Positions 39,160-64,000 of a DNA stretch of 64,000 bases are shown here, piece by piece. The stretch lies in contig NC_133619.1 of the NCBI RefSeq assembly GCF_048593235.1, positions 638,578,558-638,642,557 on the forward strand. The letters run 5' to 3'. The position numbers and the translations under genes are program-made. Source of the stretch: Sminthopsis crassicaudata (Eukaryota). Each line of letters opens with the position of its first letter. Position 1 is the first letter of the stretch. A model generated the notes under the pieces. That model was not told the origin of the DNA and ran no database searches. It saw only the letters and a list, made by a program, of their open reading frames with translations.

Positions 39160-41560
39160 GAGCTCCTACTGTGTGCCAAGCATGGTGCTAAAAACTTTAC
39201 AAATAATATCTCATTTAATCTTTCCCATACTTTCATGAACCATCTGTCTAGCCAAAAACCATGAGTAGATCAATACTATGCACATGTTTACATTATCATC
39301 CCCATTTTACAGTTAAGGAAAATGAGGCAGCTGAAGGTTAATAAACTTGCTCAGAATCATACAGTCAGCTAGTAAGTGAGGGTCAATTTGGATTCAGAGC
39401 TTCTTGACTGTAGGCCCAGCACTGTGTCCACTGAGCTGCCTCAGCGAGAGGCCCAGAATTATAGATGAAATTGCAAAAAAGACAAAACGAGTTCAGGCTT
39501 GTCTTTGGGACAAACTTCCCAAACAATCAGAAAGATCCAAAAGTGAAATAAGTTGCCTTGAGAGGTGGTGGATTCTGCCTCAGCACTGGACAACTAATGG
39601 TCAAGTATAATGACTAATGGAAGTTCATAGCAAAATCAGGTGCCCAGGAAGGTCACGAGAGTGTATGTGGGCTCCGTGCCGGCACACTTGCCTCGGTTCT
39701 GCATAATGGACGATGCTCCCGCGCTTTTCCAGTCACCAGTGGGTTGAAACAAGGCCGTGTGCTTGCTCCATGCTTTTTAGCACCCTCGGGATGTCTCTAA
39801 AGAACTTTGAGATCAGTTGTGACACCCAGGAGACCCTGGCACAAGAGACCCCGGCATGGGAGACCTGGCACAGGAGCACCCAGCATGGGGTGCCCGACCA
39901 GCAGAGCAGCCATGTTCAAAGGGAGAGCCGCTAGGTGGCATCGCGATGCCTAAAGCACTGGGTCTGCAGTCAGGAAGCCTGAAGTACAACTGAGCAAGTC
40001 ACTTCATCCTGTTCCATTCTTGGGTAAATGGAACTGGAGAAGGAAACGGCCATCTGCTCCAGAAAAACCCAGAGGAGGTCCCGCAGGGATGGCCAGACGT
40101 GTCATGGATTTACCTTTCTGTTAGGGGCTGGATCCAAGGTTTCTGATGTCCCTTCCAGCTCTAATTCCTCCAATTCTGAATTTGCTTTTTAACCAAGAGA
40201 TAGGAATATTCTAATAAGTGTTTAACAACCAGCTCTCTAGGAAAATATATAGCAGAATATACCTCTGAGTTTAATCTGAATTATCGCCATCTTCCTCCAT
40301 CACCGGCCTACATCTAAACAATCACCGGAACAATAAATCCGCAAAGCCCAGGTTTAAGCCACTTGTGGATGTTGATCCCTTTCCCTCCTTTAAGATCTCT
40401 TTGGGATATAGGCCCAATAGAAACACTGCTGGGTCAAAGGGTATGCACAGTTTGATAGCCCTTCAGGCATAGTTCCAAATTGCTCTCCAGAATGATTGTA
40501 TCTGTTCACAGCTCCACCAACAATGTATCAGTGTCCCAGTTTTCCCACATCTCCTCCAACATTTGTCATTTTGTTTTCCCATCTTAGCCAATCTGAAAGC
40601 TGTGTAGTGGTGAATGTTCACCCTGAAAATTTAACACTCAGCTCCTGAGAGTCTGTTCCAGTAGGCTTCTGCAGAGGGACCATAAGGAAGGCCTGAAAGT
40701 TCTTAAGGAGTGAAAGAAGAATGAGAAGGGGTAAGATAACCTTGGCGGCCGTACTGACGGATCGGGGAGACTGGTCCATGCAGTGAGAACAGCCTGGTGC
40801 AGTAGTCAAAGCAGAGGAGGAGACAAAAAATGGAACACATCAAGGATGACATTGCAAGATTGGGGAGCATTTGGTGGAGGATGAGACGGGATGTCGAGAA
40901 GAGGCAGACTTGAGATGGCCACCTGGAGAAAAGGCAAAGGGCAATGTTCCCCGCAATGTAGAGAGGTTCAGATCAGGGCTTCAAGGGAGGGCGATGAGGG
41001 AGTCATCGGGAGGGGTGACCATTAAACTCATGGGGGCTGACTAGGTCTCTGAGAGGGAGCACCCCTTTGCTTGAGGGTGATGAGCCTTGTTTGTTTGTAT
41101 CCTCAGATTCCCATAGTGCTCAGAACACTGAAAAATGGCCCACCTTGTAGAAGGAGAACCAGGGTCACAGAAACCTGGCAAGGAGAGAGTATCTGAGCGT
41201 GGAAGGTAATTCACCGAGTCTGAAGCTGCAAAGAGGTCGGAAGGATGAAGGCTGAGAAAAGACCGTCAGACCTGAGGCTCATGGGTAACTTTGGAAAGAG
41301 CAGTTTTAGCTGAGTGATGAAGTCGGGAGCCAGATGGAAGAGTTGTGGGGAGGAGGGACTGGAAGCCACAGGAATAGAATGCTTTTTCCAGGAGTTTGAC
41401 TGCAGAAGGATGATAGCTTGAGAGAACGGTCGGATTTGGTGAAGGTTTCTAAGGCTGGTTGAGACTTTGACATTTGAAAGCAGCAGGGAATGAACCGATG
41501 GACGGAGGAGATCCAAGGGGCTGGGAGCCAGTCATATGGAAAAGAATTCCTCATTTTTGC
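39160..41560. mobile_element. Cluster of old MIR/L2/RTE/hAT fragments
   Basis: L2/MIR tail motifs (agcatttatagagctcctactgtgtgcc; attatcatccccattttacag); RTE RT-like ttccagtcaccagtgggttgaaacaaggc at ~39725; Tip100-like hAT remnant at ~40200-40680; boundaries approximate. Confidence 0.5.
40369..40611 (-). repeat. 243-bp near-perfect duplicate of L1 segment 38387-38629
   Basis: Two mismatches in 243 bp; no poly-A and no TSD. Confidence 0.9.
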
Positions 41561-43309
41561 TCTACGTTCTGCCTGGCAGACCCATTTCTGGAATGAGCAT
41601 GTTGAGGCTGTGCCAGCGTCTCTAGAAAGGCCAGTTCCTTGACCCAGAGATTTGCTCTTTTGAACCTCCAAAGGAAGAACAGAGAGGGCAGAGTCTGCCC
41701 AGCCTGAGCTAGTCCAAAGAAAGGGCATCTCCTAAGTCTTGGACATGGGTTTTCCTAAAGATGTAGAGGCTTTTCCCCACTTCCTTTCTCAGCCCTCAGG
41801 CCTTCCCATAAACTCCTCTCCGCTCAGTCCTCTGAGACAGATGGGTGCCCCTCAAACTGATGGCTCAAAATCCCAAAGGGAGGTTTCAGGGGCAGGTTTA
41901 GAGGCTAGAAAGAGACCTGCCTCCCCCATCAACCACAGAGAGGGCCATAGAACTCAGTCTGAAGGGAACTCAGGGGAAATCAAACCAGAGAATGCACATG
42001 TGGAGAGAGTGAGATCTGGGGCAAAGGCCACCTCCTCCATCCAGGCTTCCTGGATTTCACCCCTTCTTCAAATGAACATGGGGACGCCACACCAAGACAG
42101 GATGGAGTTCTCCCATCCTCTACCTCTACTTGGCATGGGGGTCATGTCCCCATTTCTTGGAACAGAGTAAGCAAATGCTTAATCAATACATGTAGAAGTG
42201 AATCTTTGAATTAATGAAATTCAGTGCTAGCTTGTGGGGTCCTGACATGGGACTTTAGAGAGCACCCTTAGAGAATCTTGTTTTACAGAAGAAACTGAGC
42301 CGGAGCAGGGAAGTTGGCCACAGGTAGATAGGCACGAGAACCCCGGGCAGGGCAGCAGCGATCCCCACCAGATGCCGGCCCACAGCCGGTCCTGGGGCGG
42401 GTGGGCAAGCCCGCCAAGCTGAAAGAAAAAGGCCCTTAAGTGCCAGCCAATAGAGCCCCTAGCTCCACTGGGCCACCGCCTCCCTACGGAAGCGTGGTCC
42501 TGGGAAGCAGCCCCTGTGGAGGGCCTGCAGCCCCAGCTGCCAAGGCCCCAGAAGGGAGTCCTGGGCCCACATTGGCTGTGTTTGTCCATGGAGGCACCTC
42601 CTACCCCACGAGGCTGTAAGCCCCTTGAAGGCAGGCCCCTGTCTGTCTGTCCCCTCAGATTCCCACAGTGCTCTGCCCTCTGGTAAGTCTTTCCCTTTAT
42701 TCCCAAGGCCGGTATTGGCCAGAGGTCCCTCCTGGACCAGGCTTGTTTTGGCCTAGAGAGCTCCAGGGCCTCCAAGTCTGTCCTCTGTCCCTTAAAATCA
42801 GCCCTGCCCCCAGGCAGAGCCAGGCACATCTCCAATCTCTCTCTGGGAACAGACACTTCGTTCCTGGAAGGCGTCCGTGTACCCAAGGCCTGCCCCCAGA
42901 CTCACACAGTGCAGGAGCCTCTCCCCTTGGAGACAGGCTGCCCCCCCCCAGGAAGAGCACCAGGTTTTCACGGCCTGTCTCCCCCTCCCCCCCAGACGGC
43001 GGCGGAGTGTTTGGCAGCCGGTGATAACCAGGCCCTGCAGCCAGCAGATCTGGAAGGGATGCCAGTGGTGAGTGGGTGGGCAGAGGGAGCCAGAGAACCC
43101 CCTCCTAGTGCAGAAGAAAAGGGCCCTCCCTCGCCTGGAGGGGGAGAATCTCCTTCTGAGTCTTCTCTCCCCCCATCCATCTTCATCTCTTCCCAGTCTC
43201 CAGGAAACCTCCACGCCTGCTTTGTGAATGAGAGGCTGGGCTGAGACTTGGCTGGCGGGCCTTTCGGATGCTGTCTGCACATGCCACGGGGTAGAACTGA
43301 GGTTGTGGA

Positions 43310-44400
43310 GCCAGGGAGCTGACCCCCTGCCATAGAGAGCCAATCCTTGCCACAGAGAGCCAATCCCCAGCCACAGAGAGCCAGTCCTTGCCACAGAGAG
43401 CCAATCCCTGCCAGAGAGCTGACCCCCCACCACAGAGAGCTGACCCCCCACCACACAGAGCCCACTCCCCGCCACAGAGAGCTGACCCCCACCACACAGA
43501 GCCAATCCTTGCCACAGAGAGCCTATCCCCAACCACAGAGAGCCAATCCCTGCCAGAGAGCTGACCCCCTGCCACACAGAGCCGACCCCTGCCACACAGA
43601 GCCGACTCCCCACCACAGAGAGCTGACCCCCACCACACAGAACCAGTCCTTGCCACAGAGAGCCTATCCCCAACCACAGAGAGCCAATCCCTGCCAGAGA
43701 GCTGACCCTCACCACACAGAGCCCACTCCCCGCCACAAAGAGCTGACCCCCCGCCACAGAGAGCCAATCAATCCCTGCCAGAGAGCTGACCCCCCGCCAC
43801 ACAGAGCCCACTCCCTGCCACAAAGAGCTGACCCCCACCACACAGAGCCAATCCTTGCCACACAGAGCCAACCCCTGCCACACAGAGCCCACTCCCCGCC
43901 ACAAAGAGCTGACCCCCACCACACAGAGCCGACTCCCCACCACAGAGAGCTGACCCCCGCCACACAGAGCCGACTCCCCACCACAGAGAGCTGACCCCCG
44001 CCACACAGAGCCCACTCCCCGCCACAAAGAGCTGACCCCCACCACACAGAGCCCACTCCCCGCCACAGAGAGCTGACCCCCGCCACACAGAGCCGACTCC
44101 CCGCCACAGAGAGCTGACCCCCACCACACAGAGCCCACTCCCCGCCACAGAGAGCTGACCCCCACCACACAGAGCCGACTCCCCACCACAGAGAGCTAAT
44201 GCCCTACCACACAGAGCCGACTCCTCGCCACACAGAGCTGACCCTTGCCACACAGAGCCGACCCCCGCCACAGAGAGCTGACCCCTGCCACAGAGAGCCG
44301 ACCCCCGCCACACAGAGCCGACCCCCGCCACAGAGAACTGACCCTTGCCACACAGAGCTGACCCTTGCCACACAGAGCTACCCCTGCCAGAGAGCTGCAT
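43310..44400. repeat. ~20-bp degenerate minisatellite upstream of TMEM91
   Basis: Alternating GCCACACAGAGCCGACTCCC / CCACAGAGAGCTGACCCCC units; explains the spurious 150-460 aa ORFs. Confidence 0.9.
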
Positions 44401-45599
44401 CCAGCTCCAGCCTTTGACCCACACTAGCTGTGGGAGCTCTTGAGAACACCATGAGCAGGAAGCTTCCACATTGGGAGTCACAGGTTCCAACTCCCCCAAA
44501 TGCTTAGCGGCGTGTTTCCTGGACAGAGGGTTGCACCCTCTGCTGATCCCGGGGGCAGCCACCTTGGCTGTAAGCTTTCTGTCCTGGCCACTGACCCACC
44601 AGCCAGCCATCCCCCACCTCCTCTGCCCAACCAAGCAGCGTCTCACAGACTGTACCAGTGGGCCAGGGGAGCCGTCTAACCCAAGTGGACGCCGGTCACT
44701 GTGGGCACGCCTGATGGTGTCCAGGAGCCATCACCATGGCTTCACACGGACCCCACCATTGGGCGCTTTGTGCTCACGGGTGCCCACCTCCCCCACACTG
44801 ATGGCCGCCCCCCGGGGACCCCTTCCCCCTGCGGGGACCTTTCAGGGGGCTCCCCCACAGCTGCCTTCTAGAGGGTGCTTGTCTAAAGTCCTTGAGTGGC
44901 CGTCCATCTGGGAGCAAAGGGCCTGACCTTGGGGCTCCAAGAGGGGCCTCCCCTGTGGGTGACCTTGGATCCTGCATGGAACACCAGAGTAACCCAGATG
45001 ACCTTGGGCCACCTGGGAGGTCCTCTTCAGCTCCACATACCCCGCCCTGAATGCGGCCTCCATTTAGACTCAGTTTCCACATTTGCAAATTTATTAGGTT
45101 GGCTAAGCCCCCTTGGACCCTTAAATGTTCTGAATATGTTCAGTGGACACGGGGACAGGGGGATTTAGGGGAAGTCCCACATCCTCATGGAACTGAGGTC
45201 TTAGGGGGCAAAGGGTGATCTAGGGCAGCAGGGGGAGAGCCCGGCTGACCAAGGTCATCTTGACGGCAGAGCAGGGTCCCCTGCATTAGGCAGCCGCTCC
45301 CCCCCCAGCCCCTCAAGGCTGGCCGGGCGGGGCGAGGGAGTGGGAGTCACCAGCCGAGGCTAGAGGCCTTCTGGGGAGGGGGCTCAGGCCGGAGGTCCTG
45401 GAGAGGGGAGGATTCTGGGGGTCCGGACTCGTTTAGGAGGAGGGGGCTCGTGCTAAGGCCAGGAGGGGCTCGGGGAAGCAGGAGGGGCTGGGGAAGCAGG
45501 AGGGACTGGGGTTCAGGGAAGGCGGGAGGCATTCCTGGAGGAAATGGGGAGGGTCTGCAGGGGCGGCGTGTGCGCACATTGTGTGCGGTGGTGAGGGGC

Positions 45600-45944
45600 G
45601 TACCCTAGCGGCAAGAGCCCACTCTCCCCCGCCGCCTTTGAGGTGGGGATCCGCGCGGCCCCCTCCCCTGCCGTCCCCGCGCAACATCTGCCTCCTCCAG
45701 GTCCAGGGGAGGGAGCGGGGAGCGGAGGGAGGAGGGGGAGTGCGGTCCTGGGCGCCTGGGGCTCCGGGCGGGGGCGGCGGGAGCAGCTGCGCAGAGCGAG
45801 CGCCCAGAGCCCGAGCGGACTAGCCAGCGCAGCTTCGCAGCAGCAGCAGCCTCGGCCAGTCCTTCCCGCCTCGCGCTCGCTAACCCTGGGCACCCTGAAC
45901 CCTCAGCCTCAGGCGGCTGGGCTGCCCGGTCCCGGAGAGCCCGG
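45600..45944 (+). promoter_or_regulatory. TMEM91 CpG-island promoter and probable non-coding first exon
   Basis: CpG-rich; donor CCGG|GTGAGT at 45944/45945; acceptor TTCTAG at 46558 just before the ATG. Confidence 0.55.
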
Positions 45945-46565
45945 GTGAGTGGGGCAGCCCCGGGAGGGCTCCGGGATAGCCCGCAGGGACCGCTCCGGGG
46001 CACTTAGCATCCCCGGCCGGGGAGGGGGAGGGGAAGGGGGCAGCTCCCCAAACCCCTTCTCCGAGGGTCTCGGGGAAGCTTCGCAGGCTTCTGCCCCCTG
46101 TCCCAAGAGGACAGCCCCAACCCGGGCTTCCTGGGTTGGGGGGAGGGGATCTAGGGATGAATGGGGGGAGGGTATGCCGTATATGACTAAGGTAGGTAGT
46201 GGATGGGTGGGCAGCCTTGGCGTTTTCGGGGGCATCAGCCGGAGGTTGGGGGGCGCTGGGGGTGGGGGCAGGGCGGGGCTCGAGAGCTTTCCTATGCTAG
46301 AACCCTGGGATTTAACGTGGGGGGGTGATTAGGGAGCGAGTGGCTTAGAGACGAATCTGGGGGGGGGGTGATGGAGGTCTGGACCCTGAGCTTCTGACCT
46401 TGACGCATTTCTGAGCCTCAACTTCCCCGCCTGTAAAATGGGGGAGGGGTAGCGGGAGAGAGGTTTTCTCTAGGGTCCTCTTGCGGGTCTGGGTTCGCAG
46501 GATCGGACTGCACGATCTATTTCTAACGGACTCCTTGTTTCCCTCCGTGGGGTTCTAGAAAGGCC

Positions 46566-47888
<1,323 letters not shown>

Positions 47889-48125
47889 AGGCTCAGGGGG
47901 CCAGCGGGGTCTCAAGGGATGACCTCGACCCCTCCTCCCCACCCCACGGCCAGCCCCTCCCCACCCTTTGGCCATCCACTCCCCTTGCCTACCCCGATTC
48001 CCAACCCTGATCGTTATCAATCCCATTCCCTACCCCTTACCCCTCTACCCCCTCCCCCCTCCCCCCTCCCTACCTGCCCCTCCCCTCCCCCTCCCCCCCC
48101 ACCCTCAGCCAGGCAGAAACAACTA

Positions 48126-48131
48126 ATTAAA
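48126..48131 (+). terminator. Probable TMEM91 polyA signal ATTAAA
   Basis: First PAS-like hexamer ~240 nt after the stop. Confidence 0.5.
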
Positions 48132-48974
48132 CCTGGGATTCATCTGAAGCCGCATTGCTGTTTCTCTGTTGGGGGTGGGTGGGGCCGGGCCCGGGCCCAC
48201 AAAGCCCTTATAGGGAGATGGCTGGCTCCTCCCCAGGAAGAGCAGAGGGGGCAGGACCAAGGTTGTGAACGCCCCCCAAAGCCCGGCTCATCACTTCCCC
48301 ACCTCCCAGCCTTTGCCCGGCTGTTCCTCAGCCTTAACTTTCAAGGCTCAACTCAGACACGGTTTCAATTGATGTCAAGCATTTATTGAGTGCCTACTGT
48401 ATGCCAGGCACTGGGAACACAAGCGAGCAGTCTCTTGAATCTGATTTCTCCCCCCAGAAGTCAGCTCTCTCCACCTCCTCAGGCGACCCAAGCTTGGTTA
48501 TCCCTCCAGCAAAGTCGAGGTTCAGGGGGTGGGGAGAGAAGGGGCCACTGGGTCATGGTAGGGCCATGCAGAGAGGCAACTCCAGGCGTGTGTTGACAGT
48601 GTGACCATGCCTCAGGTTCACCTCCTTCCAGGGCTGCCACAATCCGAGATTCTCAGCACACAGTAGGCACCCCATAAATGCTTGCTTCTGCTCCATTCTT
48701 CAGTACACAACACAAAAGGGCTTTTTTCCAAGGGGATCACAGAGTTTGGGGATCCAATGCCCCACCTGCACTGAGGGGGAAACAGGCTTACAGGTGTGCC
48801 CCCAGAGGACTCAAAGGAGGGCCCTCACCCAAGCCCCTCCTGACTCCCCCACATTGAGGAGCTGCATCTCCATCTCCCCAGGGAACATGGGGTGGGAGAA
48901 CAGCAGTGTCCAGAGCTGCACCCCCTCCCTCTCCAGAGGGGCCAGGTTTCCTGGGGGCCCGGCCAGGCTCCCAC

Positions 48975-56612
<7,638 letters not shown>

Positions 56613-57214
56613 CCACGTGAAGGCCGGCCAGGACTAAAGCGCTTCCGGAGGTGGCGAGGGCGCATGTCTGAAAGTCTGGAGGAGCATGCGCAAACGTTTT
56701 GTTTGTTTGAGCACGTGGTGTCGGCTGACTTCAAAACTTCCCTCCTCTCCTCCCGCGGACAGGAGCCGTCTCGTCCGAGACGCGCGCGCGGGGATCGCGA
56801 CGCGCTTGCGCGAAGTTTGTTTGTAAAGGCTAGACGCCACGCTTTCACTCAGCCCCGCCCCCGACTTCGTCTGCGTCTGGGTTGCGAGGGGGCCGGTTCA
56901 GAATGGCCCCAGGCCCTATCCCAGGCGGAGCGCGGCTAAGGGGCGGGGCGCTCGTGTGGACCCGCGTTCTAGAGGCTGTCTGCGCTTCCGCCTGACGGGG
57001 AGGCCTCTTCGGGGCTATCTAGAAGAGTGACGGGGCTGAGGGGGTGTGGCGCACGGAGCCAGTCCCTCGGACGGGTCGCCCTCGGAGGCGTGGGAGGCGG
57101 CGCCGGCTCACGTGGGGCCGTGGGCGTGGACAGCTTTTCAGGCGGCCGCCACGCCGGCCCGGAGACAGCCTGGGTGGCAGCCGTGGAGCGGGACGGTTAA
57201 CGGCTTCTGTCAAA
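56613..57214. promoter_or_regulatory. Bidirectional CpG-island promoter EXOSC5/BCKDHA
   Basis: 602 bp between divergent ATGs; GC boxes; YY1 motif AAAATGGCGGC over the BCKDHA ATG. Confidence 0.8.
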
Positions 57215-63159
<5,945 letters not shown>

Positions 63160-63578
63160 GGGGAGCGAGCAGGGAGGACCAGGGCTGGGGGCCACATGCA
63201 GAGGGTCGGCCCCACTCGGCCCTCTCCTCACCCTTCTGCAGAGAGAACTGACCAGCCCAGAGACTAATGGGGGAGCGGGGCCGGGGGTGGGGGGAGCAGA
63301 AGCCATCCCCTGTCCCCCTGAACCCATAGCACAACTCCCCTTCCCCCATGGTCACTGCCCTGGAAGGGGAGGGGAAGGAGGGGGATGGGCCAGTGATCGC
63401 CACCAGCACCCCGTCTGTGACTGTGCCTTTTGGGAAAGCTCAGGCTGCTGAACCCCCAGCCACAAGGCCTTCGGGGCTCCTCGGGAGCTGTGATGCGCCT
63501 CCAGACCAGAAGCCAGATGCGGTTGCGCTCATGGGCCGGGAGGGATGGGACCTGGTGCTCTTGGGTGGTTGGGACTCA

Positions 63579-63584
63579 AATAAA
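63579..63584 (+). terminator. BCKDHA polyA signal AATAAA
   Basis: Canonical hexamer 420 nt after the stop. Confidence 0.7.
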
Positions 63585-64000
63585 GACTTCTTTGCCTTTG
63601 GCTCAGGCCAAGCCTGGCTTTTGATCTGGGGGCTGGGGGCAGTGAAAGGGGGGGGGGGAATGAGGGAAGACCCTCTCTCAGGTGAAGAGCTGCCTCCAAA
63701 CAGGGCCACAGCTCGTGGCCACTCAGGGCCCGGTTCTGGTCTGAGGGGAGTACGCCTAGGCTAATCAACAGCCTGGTAAGGGGCACAGCTGGCACCGGAA
63801 CCCCCACTTCCTCATGTGTGCTCCAAAGTCCTTTCCAGGAGGCACTGGAGGGTGCAGGCCCATAGTTTTCCTAGGGCCAGGTGCTTTCCCCACAGGGTGC
63901 AGTGGGGGATGCTGGTCCTGAGGACAGAGGAGGGTCCGACCCCACGGCCCTGCGCGCCACCCCACCCGGGACAAACAGCAAGGACTCCTGAGCCCAGGTT

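Noticed and set aside
38775-39191. ORFs containing X runs
   Set aside because: Artefacts of the N gap
42798-44646. 150-463 aa repetitive ORFs
   Set aside because: Stop-free frames through a minisatellite with no splice or domain support
63600-64000. B3GNT8 expected downstream of BCKDHA
   Set aside because: No recognisable coding sequence within the window

Overview
Mammalian genomic DNA, almost certainly a marsupial and probably a dasyurid. The taxon is inferred from WSINE1-type SINEs, marsupial L1 and an OC1-like hAT MITE. The window is syntenic with human 19q13.2. Six intron-containing genes were reconstructed exon by exon with GT-AG junctions and consistent phases: CCDC97 (+), TGFB1 (-), B9D2 (-), TMEM91 (+), EXOSC5 (-) and BCKDHA (+). 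The genes are very compact and GC-rich. The dominant accessory feature is an 18.3-kb 'Russian-doll' endogenous retrovirus complex (18592-36927, minus strand) between the B9D2 promoter and TMEM91. It is a betaretrovirus-like provirus (A) whose gag is interrupted by a second LTR element (B, 6-bp TSD) and a solo LTR (C, 4-bp TSD). Most of the pol gene of A is replaced by an LTR-less copy of B-family internal sequence (B'). The complex also holds an L1, two SINEs, another solo LTR, two copies of one hAT MITE insertion, a 65-bp perfect inverted repeat, a templated insertion and a ~32-copy 43-bp VNTR. Element B carries a decayed coiled-coil plus C-terminal-TM 'pre-gag' ORF that I do not recognise. 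Several large VNTRs lie in introns and promoter-proximal regions. All retroviral ORFs are disrupted. Identities were counted by eye, and comparisons with human sequence rely on recalled sequence; both need confirmation by alignment.
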